From positions 14,721-78,720 of the forward strand of contig JBBRNJ010000038.1 in assembly GCA_038230375.1 (NCBI GenBank): DNA of 64,000 nucleotides. Direction: 5' to 3'. The DNA comes from Polyangiales bacterium (GTDB lineage Bacteria; Myxococcota_A; Polyangia; Polyangiales; Polyangiaceae). Position numbers and translations under genes: made by a program. Below the pieces are notes generated by a model that saw nothing but the letters and a program-made list of their open reading frames with translations, did no database searches and was not told where the DNA came from. This document shows positions 29,752-38,622 of the stretch, one piece after another; position 1 is the stretch's first letter; each line of letters begins with the position of its first letter.

Positions 29752-29806
29752 CTAACGCGAAAGGCCTAGCGCGAAAGGCCTAGCGCGAAGGTCTAGCGCG
29801 AAAGGC
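29752..29806. repeat. 14-bp tandem repeat CTAGCGCGAAAGGC x4
   Basis: Units at 29752, 29766, 29780 (13-nt variant) and 29793, in a divergent intergenic gap. Confidence 0.9.
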
Positions 29807-29835
29807 GCTTCCGACGCGCGTGCGGCGCACGTGGT

Positions 29836-30174
29836 ATGTTGGAGATCATGGCAGGGCCGCGTTGCACGACCTGTAGCGCAGGCCTGACGGTCACGGAGCT
29901 CCGCGGCACGGAGTGCCCGTACTGTCGTACCGCGTTTCCGGAGGACCTGGGCGCGATCGAGCCGCCGCATGGCGCGCCGCCGCCTCCCAAGGGTCCGCCA
30001 GGGCAGTACGCGCCGCCCATCTATCCAACGCCGTATGCCGCCTTCAACGTGACGTCGCTGGCGCCGCCGTCGTCCTCGTCCGGCGCGGAGCGCGGAGGCC
30101 TGGTGCTGGTGCTCGCGGCGCTCTTCGCAGCGCTCCTGGCGATCGGCACGGGCGCCTACTTCCTGATCCGATGA
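29836..30174 (+). CDS. Small zinc-ribbon membrane-anchored protein
   Basis: CTTC..CPYC, Pro-rich linker, C-terminal TM helix. Confidence 0.7.
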   Translation: MLEIMAGPRCTTCSAGLTVTELRGTECPYCRTAFPEDLGAIEPPHGAPPPPKGPPGQYAPPIYPTPYAAFNVTSLAPPSSSSGAERGGLVLVLAALFAALLAIGTGAYFLIR

Positions 30175-30296
30175 GCCTGTGAGGACGTGCCCGCGCGCTG
30201 CTCGAGAAGCGTGCCGCGGCCGTCAAGAAGCTGCTCGACGCCTGACGTTCGCAAGGGACTGTAAGGTTCGCCTTCGAGCCGCGTTCTTTGGGGGTC

Positions 30297-31220
30297 ATGC
30301 GAACCTCCCTCCTTCTCACATCGGTCTTCGTTCTCCTCAGCTCGTCGTTGACGACAGGCTGCGGCGCAAGCTCTCCTGCCTCGGCGCCGTCTGCCCCACA
30401 CGCGTCGTTCTCGTCGGCTTCGCAGGCCCCGGGCATGCCTCGGTCTGCGCCATCGATGTCGGACGAGATGCAGATCTCGCAGGCCCCGACGCCGCCCGCA
30501 CCCGACATGCCCGCACCCGCGGCTCCCGCGGCTCCCGCGGCTCCCGCGCAGCCGGCGCACCCCGCCGCCAAGGACGCCGCCGCCACACACGCGAGCAAGG
30601 GCAAGGAGAACGCACCCGAGGTCGCGCAGTCGCTCGGCATCATCTACACCGGCACCGTCGGCATCCGCGCAAAGCGCGAGGAGTTCCCGAAGACGATCGA
30701 CCGCGTCGTCGATCTCGCGGAGTCACTCGGTGGCGCGATCACCGGCCGCACGGACCAGAGCGTCACCGTGCGCGTGCCGTCGCAGGCTTTCCGCAAGGCG
30801 ATGAGCGGCATGGAAGACGTCGGCGTGGTCGAGAACCGCAACGTGTCGGCGCAGGACGTGAGCGAGGAGATGCACGACCTTGAGGTGCGCCTCCAGAACA
30901 TGCGCGCCACGCGCAAGCGCCTGGAGGAGTTCCTCGCGAAGGCCACCAACATCGCCGACACACTCACGGTGGAGCGCGAGCTCGAGCGCGTGGCCGTGGA
31001 CATCGATCACATCGAGGGGCGCCTCACGTTCCTGAAGGTGCACACCGCGTTCTCACACATCACGGTCAACCTGCTGGAGCGGCCCAAGGAGATCCTGCCC
31101 GTCGTGGAGGTGAAGCCGCCGCCCCCACCGCCGCCGCCGACCCCGCCGCGAAAGCTCGTGGAGGTCCCCGCGCCCTGGTTCGACAACATCGGCATCGACC
31201 CGCTCCTCAAGGTTCACTGA
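30297..31220 (+). CDS. DUF4349 domain lipoprotein
   Basis: Lipobox TTGC, VRVP, AQDVSEE..D...R, coiled coil, EG.L.FL....FS.ITV.L. Confidence 0.88.
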   Translation: MRTSLLLTSVFVLLSSSLTTGCGASSPASAPSAPHASFSSASQAPGMPRSAPSMSDEMQISQAPTPPAPDMPAPAAPAAPAAPAQPAHPAAKDAAATHASKGKENAPEVAQSLGIIYTGTVGIRAKREEFPKTIDRVVDLAESLGGAITGRTDQSVTVRVPSQAFRKAMSGMEDVGVVENRNVSAQDVSEEMHDLEVRLQNMRATRKRLEEFLAKATNIADTLTVERELERVAVDIDHIEGRLTFLKVHTAFSHITVNLLERPKEILPVVEVKPPPPPPPPTPPRKLVEVPAPWFDNIGIDPLLKVH

Positions 31221-31229
31221 AAGAAAACC

Positions 31230-31694
31230 ATGCATACTACACATATTCTCTCTGCCCTTTTCCTTGGTATCTCGCTCCTTGCCTCCGCGTGCACGCCCGC
31301 CGCGAAGCTCGATGCGCCGCCCGGCTTCGCGACACTGAAGTCCCAGGGTGGCTACGACTACCGCGCGGTGAACGCCCACGGCGTGGTGGTCGCGGCGCGG
31401 ACGGAGCCGAACGAGCTGCACGGCAACACCACGTTCTGGGCAGACTCCCTGGAGGAGAAGCTCACGCGTGCGGGCTACGCAAAGGAGTCCGCGACGGACG
31501 TGGACACGCGCGTAGGCAAGGCGAAGATGCAGAAGTATGCGGCGACGCGGGATGGGCGGGACATGACCTACTGGCTGCTCGTCGTGAGCAACGAGAAGAG
31601 CGTGGTCGTCGTGGAAGCGGGCGGGGACAAGGAGACGTTCGACAAGGCGTCGAAAGAGGTCGAGAGCACGATGAAGAGCGTCGCGGTGAACTGA
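31230..31694 (+). CDS. Hypothetical lipoprotein
   Basis: Lipobox ASAC, 9 nt after the DUF4349 gene. Confidence 0.8.
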   Translation: MHTTHILSALFLGISLLASACTPAAKLDAPPGFATLKSQGGYDYRAVNAHGVVVAARTEPNELHGNTTFWADSLEEKLTRAGYAKESATDVDTRVGKAKMQKYAATRDGRDMTYWLLVVSNEKSVVVVEAGGDKETFDKASKEVESTMKSVAVN

Positions 31695-31695
31695 G

Positions 31696-31791
31696 GACAT
31701 CGACCTCGACCTCGACCTCGACCTCGACCTCGACCCGGACCTCGACCTCGACCTCGACCTCGACCTCGACCTTGACCTCGACCTCGACCTC
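31696..31791. repeat. (GACCTC)16 hexamer microsatellite with 3 variant units
   Basis: Read directly. Starts 2 nt after the stop at 31694. Confidence 0.97.
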
Positions 31792-31928
31792 GGTTGGGGG
31801 TGACGGTGGGTTGACTCGGCGGGCCCGGTTTCGTGTCAGCTGGCTGACGTCCAAGCGATCTCGACGCCGAATTTACGATGCGTCGTGCGTGGGGCCTGGG
31901 CGGCCCGGGGCTTGCGTGGACGCAGTGC

Positions 31929-32843
31929 ATGCAGTCCGAACGCCGCCCCTTTCAGCACCGTGATCCCCAGGCCGCCTTCTGTGAGCTCGAGACTGAAGCC
32001 CGTGGCTACCTTGCCAAGGCTGGCTCGCTCCAGTTCATCGCGGAGCTCTGGGATGTGCTCCAGAAGATGCCGCTCTCCTGGTGGGATGCCGACTTCACCC
32101 GCAAGATGTGGACGCCTCGTTCGCGCATGCGCTGGTTCACGGAGCGCGCCGACATTCGCCAGCGCGTCACGACCGCGCTCACCGGGCTGCCGCCCAACAC
32201 GGCCATGAAGCGCGACCCGCATTTCCAGTCGGAGCTCATCGACTCCGTCATCGACGACGGCGACATCAATGCGGACAAGTTCGAGTCTGCCTTTGACGCG
32301 TGCGAGATGGTCGTCTACGGCCCGGCGCGCGAGTTCTGGTCCGCATTCCGCGAGCGCATGCCGTGGGAAGAGGATGCACCGTCGCACAAGAAGCTGGTGT
32401 CGTGGAGCCTTCGTCAGCTCCTGTCCGAGCGCAGCACGCTGCTCGGCATGAGCCGCAAGCCGATCCTCACGGCGTGGGACGTTCGTTCGTCGATCGACTC
32501 GCGTGTGTGGCAGTCACGGATGCCGCTCGAGATCCGCGTGGCCGTGGACGAGGCGCGTCTCCGCCACGAGAAGGCGCGACCTCGCGACCCGTTCCACGCG
32601 CGCCACGAGCTCTCCATCTGCGTGCCCGAGCAGATCGCCGAACACATCCCGCTCGCGGAGATCGCCCCGGTCTTCTTCGCCGCGGAGAAGAGCATGGGCC
32701 TGCTGCCGATCGAGGAGGACCTTGGGCGCCACGCCGCGCTCGCGCACAACGACTTCGAGATCGAACGCGCGCCGAAGGAGAGCACCATGGTCCCGGCGAT
32801 GCACCTGCCGCGCCTCTCGCTCGACCGGCTCACGGGGACCTGA
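31929..32843 (+). CDS. Hypothetical protein
   Basis: Long ORF with typical codon bias, Trp-rich. No motif recognised. Confidence 0.75.
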   Translation: MQSERRPFQHRDPQAAFCELETEARGYLAKAGSLQFIAELWDVLQKMPLSWWDADFTRKMWTPRSRMRWFTERADIRQRVTTALTGLPPNTAMKRDPHFQSELIDSVIDDGDINADKFESAFDACEMVVYGPAREFWSAFRERMPWEEDAPSHKKLVSWSLRQLLSERSTLLGMSRKPILTAWDVRSSIDSRVWQSRMPLEIRVAVDEARLRHEKARPRDPFHARHELSICVPEQIAEHIPLAEIAPVFFAAEKSMGLLPIEEDLGRHAALAHNDFEIERAPKESTMVPAMHLPRLSLDRLTGT

Positions 32844-32850
32844 GTAGCAT

Positions 32851-33618
32851 TCAGCCCGCCAGCGCGTCCTTCACGGTGACCACGACCATGTCCGCGAGCT
32901 TCTCGTAGAGCTCCGCGCCCTCGGTGGCGGTCGCCTCGGCCGGCGCGCCGGTGTACGCGCGGTCCATGCCGATCTCCGCGAACGTGGCCTTTCCAGCCGC
33001 GATGCCCGCAGACAAGCTCAGATCGAGCGCCGCGAGTTCCTTGTATTCTGCACGTACTTGCAACGGGTCCGCGGCGAGCACCAGCGACGTCTCGTAGCGC
33101 CCGGCGTGGCAGGCGCCGCTCTTGAACTCCGCGGACAGCGTCCGTCCGAAGCGACGCTCCAGCGGACATGCGACCGACGCGCGCCCCTTCTCGAACGAAG
33201 CGATGGCAGCGCGGACCGCGGCGTCGTGCGCGGGCTCCAGATGATTGTTCACGATGCACACGTGCGAGACACCATCCGCAAGCAAGCGCGCGACGATGTC
33301 CGCCAGGAACGCCGTGAGCACTGCGGCGCGCACGCCAATGGCGCCCGCGAACCCTGCTGCGTAGTCCGTCACGCCGAACGGCACCGTGGCCGCGATGAGG
33401 ACCTTCGTGCCATCCTTTGCGAGCGCGTCCGCGGCGCGCGTGCATGCGGCCTCGCTGATGATCGCGTCCGTGGCGAGCGGCAGGTGCGGTCCGTGCGGCT
33501 CCACGCTGCCTACGGGCAGGAGCACGCAGGTGTTGCCGCCGTCGAGCCATGCGAAAAACTCGGGGGACGTGAGCTCGGAGAGGTGTCGCGCCATCGGCGA
33601 CTTTCTTAGCGCATTCAT
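32851..33618 (-). CDS. Creatininase/mycofactocin peptidase family protein
   Basis: LPVGSVEPHGPHLPLATD, NNH and HAGRYETS motifs. Start may be 33594. Confidence 0.92.
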   Translation of the reverse strand: MNALRKSPMARHLSELTSPEFFAWLDGGNTCVLLPVGSVEPHGPHLPLATDAIISEAACTRAADALAKDGTKVLIAATVPFGVTDYAAGFAGAIGVRAAVLTAFLADIVARLLADGVSHVCIVNNHLEPAHDAAVRAAIASFEKGRASVACPLERRFGRTLSAEFKSGACHAGRYETSLVLAADPLQVRAEYKELAALDLSLSAGIAAGKATFAEIGMDRAYTGAPAEATATEGAELYEKLADMVVVTVKDALAG

Positions 33619-33620
33619 GC

Positions 33621-35021
33621 TCAGAATCCGAGGTCGTGCGGATCCTTCGTGGGCGCTGTGGTGGGCTGCGTGGTGGGCGCGGAGGACGGCGCTCCGCCCG
33701 CGGTTGCCTGTGCGCTCGCCTTCGGACGACCGCTCACGGTCGCTGTCGGAACCAGGTTTCGTCGCGGGTCCACCGGGCTGCCAGCGCCCGCGGCGACGAG
33801 CGCGTGCGTCGCGGAGGGGATGGCGCTAGGTGACGTCATCACGGTGGCCGCGCTCCCAGGCGTGGTGCTGGTGCCGACCGCCGCTGACGCGATCGTGAGC
33901 CTTGCGCTCGGAGAAGGTGCAGCCGACGGCGTGGGATCGCTTGTCGCCCCGCCGTGTCCCCGCGCGATGGCGACGGCCACGCCGACCCCGACCAGCATGA
34001 AGACCAGCCCGACCACCATGACGAGCACCACGTTCGACTTCCTGGGCACGCCTGCGGCGGTGGTGTCGAGCTCGATCAGCGTCGATGCGTTGGCTGCGAC
34101 CATCGTCACAGGATCCGCGTTCGCGTGATCCGGCACGGACATGATGGTGGCGTGTGCCGCGCCGCCACCGAGCAGCGCGGGTGTGAGCGCATCGATCAGC
34201 TCCTTCGCAGTCTGGAACCGACCCGCGGGATCGCGCGAGGTGGCCTTCGCGAACCACGCGTCGAAGCCAGGCGGAACGGCGGCGACGTGTGACGGAATGG
34301 GCGGCGGCGCGACCATGATCTTCATCAGCAGGTCGCCCAGCGCTTCGCTCTCGAAGGGCAGCTCTCCCGTGAGGCACTGGTAGGTGATGACGGCGATGGA
34401 CCAGAGATCGCTGCGCGCGTCGATGGCCCGCGTGCCCTGCGCCTGCTCCGGGCTCATGTAGTAAGGCGTGCCGAGCATGGCGCCCGTCTTGGTGGTGCTG
34501 CCCACGTCGAAGGTGATGTTCTTGGCGATGCCAAAGTCGAGGATCTTGGCGATCTCGCGGTCGTCGTCCTTCACCAGGAAGATGTTCTCCGGCTTGATAT
34601 CGCGGTGAACGATTCCCAGCGCGTGCGCCTTCGAGAGCGCGCGGCACACCTGTCCGAGGATGGCGACGATCTCTTCTGGCGTGAGCCGCAGGCCCTGGTC
34701 CTGCCGCTGCGCGATGCGATGGGCCAGATCCTCGCCGACCAGGAGCTCCATGACGATGAACGGGATGCCCTCCCACATCGAGTGATCGATGATCTGCACG
34801 ACGTGCGGGCTACGCAGCGCGGCGGCGGCCTTGGCTTCGCGCTCGAAGCGGGCCTGCATCTCCGGCAGCTGCGCGTACTCGCCCTCGATGAACTTGATCG
34901 CGCACGGCGCGTCGAGGCCGAGCTGTGTGGCATGCCACACGGAGCCCATGCCCCCTTGACCGAGCTTGTGGTTCAGGCGAAACCGCCCTGCAACGACTAC
35001 GTTCTCACCGGGTGTCGGCAT
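33621..35021 (-). CDS. Ser/Thr protein kinase with single TM and Pro/Ser/Thr-rich tail
   Basis: LGQGGMGSVW, AIK, HRDIKPEN, DFG and GTPYYMSPEQ motifs. Confidence 0.95.
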   Translation of the reverse strand: MPTPGENVVVAGRFRLNHKLGQGGMGSVWHATQLGLDAPCAIKFIEGEYAQLPEMQARFEREAKAAAALRSPHVVQIIDHSMWEGIPFIVMELLVGEDLAHRIAQRQDQGLRLTPEEIVAILGQVCRALSKAHALGIVHRDIKPENIFLVKDDDREIAKILDFGIAKNITFDVGSTTKTGAMLGTPYYMSPEQAQGTRAIDARSDLWSIAVITYQCLTGELPFESEALGDLLMKIMVAPPPIPSHVAAVPPGFDAWFAKATSRDPAGRFQTAKELIDALTPALLGGGAAHATIMSVPDHANADPVTMVAANASTLIELDTTAAGVPRKSNVVLVMVVGLVFMLVGVGVAVAIARGHGGATSDPTPSAAPSPSARLTIASAAVGTSTTPGSAATVMTSPSAIPSATHALVAAGAGSPVDPRRNLVPTATVSGRPKASAQATAGGAPSSAPTTQPTTAPTKDPHDLGF

Positions 35022-35073
35022 CGTTCCGCGGCTCAGCGATCCAGAGACTTCATCCGTATGCGAGCATACCGCC

Positions 35074-35535
35074 ATGCCCGTGATCCGCCTAGAGACCGTC
35101 ATCGGAGCACCACGACAGAGGTGCTTCGACCTTGCCCGCAGCGTCAGCGCGCACCTCGGATCCACGGCAGACACGGGCGAGCGGGTCGTTTCAGGCCGCA
35201 CGTCCGGGCTCATCGAGCTGGGGGAGGAGATCACGTGGGAGGCGCGGCACCTGGGCATTCGCCAGCGGCTCACGGCGCGCATCACCAAGCTGGAGCCACC
35301 CGCGCGCTTCGTGGATGAGATGGTGAAGGGAGCGTTCGCCGAGTTCCAGCACACGCACGAGTTCGAGGAACTGAGCGACGGCCAGACGCTCATGCGCGAC
35401 GTGTTCGCCTATCGGTCGCCGCTGGGCCCGCTGGGAAAGATCGCGGACGCGCTCTTCCTTGCGAGGTACATGAGGAGGTTCCTGGAGAAGCGGGCCGACT
35501 TCCTGAAGAAGCAGGCGGAGCAGACGACGGTGTGA
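35074..35535 (+). CDS. SRPBCC family protein
   Basis: CFDLARSV..H, ITWEARHLG, FVDEMVKGAF..F.HTH motifs. Confidence 0.88.
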   Translation: MPVIRLETVIGAPRQRCFDLARSVSAHLGSTADTGERVVSGRTSGLIELGEEITWEARHLGIRQRLTARITKLEPPARFVDEMVKGAFAEFQHTHEFEELSDGQTLMRDVFAYRSPLGPLGKIADALFLARYMRRFLEKRADFLKKQAEQTTV

Positions 35536-35574
35536 ACTACGGCGCGGAGGGCGAACGGATCCGGGGTGGCGGAC

Positions 35575-36999
35575 CTACTCCATCGCCTTTCGCAGCTTTG
35601 CAATCTCTGCGGGCAGCGCGCGGATTTTCAGGTGTGTTCCCGCCTCGTCGTAGGTCTCCGAGAGGACCCGGGAGTTCTCGTACACCGCACCAAGCATGGA
35701 TTGCTTGGCGTACGGGATGACGAGCTCGTCGTCCGTCATCGTGGACTCGAAGTGGTCGACGATGAGCTGACGGAGGCGCGTGACGTCCGCCGGGTCGAGC
35801 GCCGAGAGGACGATCGCGTCTGGGTGCTTGCGCAAGAGCGACGCGCGCTCGTCCGCGGAGAGGCGGTCGACCTTGTTGAGCAGCAGCTTGCTCGGCACCG
35901 TGTCCGCGCCGATCTCGCGGAGAACCTCGCGCGTGACAGCGAGCTCGGCCTCGTGCGTGGGGTCCGACGCGTCCACCACATAGAGGAGGAGGGACGCCTC
36001 GAGCGCCTCGTCGAGCGTGGACCGAAAGGAGGCCACGAGATCGTGCGGGAGCTTCTGGATGAAGCCAACGGTGTCGCTCACCAGGATGCGCGGCTTCGTC
36101 TCTGGTGAGAGCGCGCGCACCGTGGTGTCGAGCGTGGCAAAGAGCTTGTCCGCCACGAGCACGTCGCTGCCCGTCAGCCCGCGCATCAGGCTTGATTTCC
36201 CGGCGTTCGTGTACCCCACCAGCGCGACGCGCAGCTGATCACGACGCGCGTAGCGCCGGTTGTCCTGCTGCTTCTGGATCGCCTCGAGCTCCTCCTTCAG
36301 CTCCGCGATGCGGTCACGAACCTTCCGACGATCGAGCTCGATCGCCGCCTCGCCCGCGCCCCGTCCGCGCTGCCGCTCCTTGCCCCCAGGCGACTCGCGC
36401 ATCCGCGGCGCCACGTACGTGAGCCGAGCAATCTCCACCTGCAGCCGAGCCTCCCGACTCCGAGCATGCCGATGAAAAATATCGACGATGACGCCAGTCC
36501 GATCGAGCACCTGAGCGCCAGTAGCCTTCTCCAGATTCCGCGCCTGACTGGGCGATATCTCCTGGTCGACGACCACGACTGTCGCCTTGCCGCTGTTCCC
36601 CCCGTCGCGGTCGTCATCGTTGTCGCCGTCGTCGTCGTTGTCGAAGTCGCCGTCGTTGTCGACGTCCTTGTCGACGTCGTCGTCGTCGCCGTCCTCTCCC
36701 GCCGCCTCCGCCTTCCACTTCGCCCGCGCCTTGGTCTTCACTTCCTTCGCGCCGGTGGACACGAGCCCATCCCCACCCGTGTATTCTGCAAGTTCCTTCA
36801 GCTTGCCCTCGCCGATCACCGCAGCAGCCGCAAGCCCGTCGCGCCGCTGGGTCACAACGCCGACCACGTCGTAGCCCAGCGTGGTCACAAGGCGCCCGAG
36901 CTCCGCGATGTCGGCCCGATGCTGTACGTCGTCCACGCCGGGAAGCTGGACGGAGACCAGCACGGCCAGAGGGCGTGCTGCTGCCGGATCGGACGTCAT
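35575..36999 (-). CDS. hflX: GTPase HflX
   Basis: DRT.VI.DIF..HA.SREA.LQVE, GYTNAGKS, KLFATLD, DTVGFI and NKVD motifs. Confidence 0.96.
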   Translation of the reverse strand: MTSDPAAARPLAVLVSVQLPGVDDVQHRADIAELGRLVTTLGYDVVGVVTQRRDGLAAAAVIGEGKLKELAEYTGGDGLVSTGAKEVKTKARAKWKAEAAGEDGDDDDVDKDVDNDGDFDNDDDGDNDDDRDGGNSGKATVVVVDQEISPSQARNLEKATGAQVLDRTGVIVDIFHRHARSREARLQVEIARLTYVAPRMRESPGGKERQRGRGAGEAAIELDRRKVRDRIAELKEELEAIQKQQDNRRYARRDQLRVALVGYTNAGKSSLMRGLTGSDVLVADKLFATLDTTVRALSPETKPRILVSDTVGFIQKLPHDLVASFRSTLDEALEASLLLYVVDASDPTHEAELAVTREVLREIGADTVPSKLLLNKVDRLSADERASLLRKHPDAIVLSALDPADVTRLRQLIVDHFESTMTDDELVIPYAKQSMLGAVYENSRVLSETYDEAGTHLKIRALPAEIAKLRKAME

Positions 37000-37039
37000 G
37001 GGCTGTCCAAGTAGCACGACATCACAGGAAACGAACGCC

Positions 37040-37297
37040 TCAGAGGCCCAGCTTTGCCGCCATCTCCTCCACCGCGCGCTTCGCCTCGGCCAGGCCGACG
37101 CTGTGCTTCACCTGATAGAGCTTCATCGCGCTCATCCGGTCAGACGCGATGATGAGCCGCTCGATCTCGTCGGGCGGCGGCCGGACGTCCTGGAACGCCA
37201 TGTTCAGATGCCTGAAGAGGAAGTCCACCTTGCGATTGAGGAGGCCGACGTCCTGCGTGAGCGCATTCAGCCGCTTGTGAAGCTCATGATCATCCAT
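37040..37297 (-). CDS. Small protein with L7/L12 C-terminal-like motif
   Basis: RKVDFLFRHL and AMKLY....VGLAEAKRAVE. Confidence 0.7.
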   Translation of the reverse strand: MDDHELHKRLNALTQDVGLLNRKVDFLFRHLNMAFQDVRPPPDEIERLIIASDRMSAMKLYQVKHSVGLAEAKRAVEEMAAKLGL

Positions 37298-37342
37298 GCC
37301 GCGACGATACCCGCAAAATGGGCCGATAAATGCTACTTTTCG

Positions 37343-37431
37343 CGAAGGGAGTGAAGCCTTGAACACGCAGGCGAGACCGAAGGGCGAGCATCTTGTGCAA
37401 GGCGTGCGACCGAAGGGAGTGACGCCTTGAA
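37343..37431 (+). repeat. 21-bp direct repeat duplicating RBS + TTG, enclosing a 23-codon uORF
   Basis: CGAAGGGAGTGAAGCCTTGAA at 37343 and CGAAGGGAGTGACGCCTTGAA at 37411. uORF spans 37359-37430. Confidence 0.8.
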
Positions 37432-38191
37432 ATTCGAGCAGCTCGATCGCCGCATGCGGGTCTACGAGACCGCGCACGACCACTGCGTGCTCCCCGGCAT
37501 GCACATGGTGGCGCGCATCGACGGGCGCTCGTTCTCGCAGCTCACGCGCGAGACGATGGCCCTCACCGAGCCGTACGACCTTCGCATGCGCGACTGTATG
37601 GTGAAGACGCTCGAGCACCTCTGCACGTCCGCGGGCTTCTCCGTGCTCTTCGGTTACACGCAGAGTGATGAGCTGAACCTGCTCCTCCGCCGCGAGGAGA
37701 ACCTGTTCGGACGCAAGCTGCGCAAGCTCGTCTCCGTGCTCGCGGGCGAGGCCAGCGCGAAGTTCTCGCTGGAGCTCGGGAAGCTCGGCGCGTTCGACGC
37801 GCGCATCTCGCAGCTCCCCGGCGTGGACGATGTGGTGGACTACTTTCGCTGGCGCTCCGAGGACGCGCATCGCAACGCGCTGAACGGGCACTCTTACTGG
37901 CTCCTGCGCAAGCAGGGGCTGTCCGACCACGCCGCCACCGAGAAGCTCTCGGGCGTCTCGGTCGCCGACCGCAACGAGCTGCTTTTCCAGGCGGGCCTCA
38001 ACTTCAACGACCTGCCGGCGTGGGAGCGCGGCGGCATCGCCGTGCAGTGGCGCGACGAGCCGCACCAGGGCAAGAACCCGAAGACGGGCGAGACCGTCAC
38101 GAGCACGCGCAGGGTCCCGTTCGTGAACTACGAGCTGCCCATGAAGAGCGAGTTCGACGCGCTGGTCCGCGACATCGCCGAGAAGCAGTAG
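37427..38191 (+). CDS. tRNA(His) guanylyltransferase Thg1-like protein (3'-5' polymerase)
   Basis: RIDGRSFS.LT, YTQSDE, FGRK..K, FDAR, YFRWR.ED..RN and NFNDLPAW..GG motifs. Confidence 0.93.
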   Translation: MKFEQLDRRMRVYETAHDHCVLPGMHMVARIDGRSFSQLTRETMALTEPYDLRMRDCMVKTLEHLCTSAGFSVLFGYTQSDELNLLLRREENLFGRKLRKLVSVLAGEASAKFSLELGKLGAFDARISQLPGVDDVVDYFRWRSEDAHRNALNGHSYWLLRKQGLSDHAATEKLSGVSVADRNELLFQAGLNFNDLPAWERGGIAVQWRDEPHQGKNPKTGETVTSTRRVPFVNYELPMKSEFDALVRDIAEKQ

Positions 38192-38201
38192 CGCGCTCGG
38201 A

Positions 38202-38615
38202 TCAGCGGTGGCGCGGCTCCAGCGTGGCCAGCAACGTCGCGGGTGGATGCACGGCGAAGCCCAGACCCTGCGGATAGTCCTTCAGGTTGCCGGTGATGAT
38301 CGCGTCCGCCTTTCCTGCGAGCGCGACCTCCACGAAGATGCGATCGTCCTCGTCGGACATTGCACCGGCCCATGCCGTCGCGTCCAAGAGCTCCTCGCCG
38401 TGCAGAACGATCCTGCCGAGGAGGGCTGCGGTCCGCGCGAGGTCGATCTTCTTGAACTTGGGGCGCGCGAGCACGGTCCGGTACTCCGCGAGGATGCGCG
38501 CGTCGTAGAGCACGTGCGTGCCATGTGCCCAGATGGCATCGAGCGCAAGGTCCGGCACGCTGCCCGCCTTCCACAGGGCGGAGATGAGCACGTTGGTGTC
38601 CAGGACGACGCGCAC
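38202..38615 (-). CDS. PIN domain protein (putative TA toxin, PIN_3 type)
   Basis: RVVLDTNVLISAL, EY..VL.RPKF, DEDD..F and ITGNLKDY motifs. Confidence 0.9.
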   Translation of the reverse strand: MRVVLDTNVLISALWKAGSVPDLALDAIWAHGTHVLYDARILAEYRTVLARPKFKKIDLARTAALLGRIVLHGEELLDATAWAGAMSDEDDRIFVEVALAGKADAIITGNLKDYPQGLGFAVHPPATLLATLEPRHR

Positions 38616-38622
38616 GCGCGGC

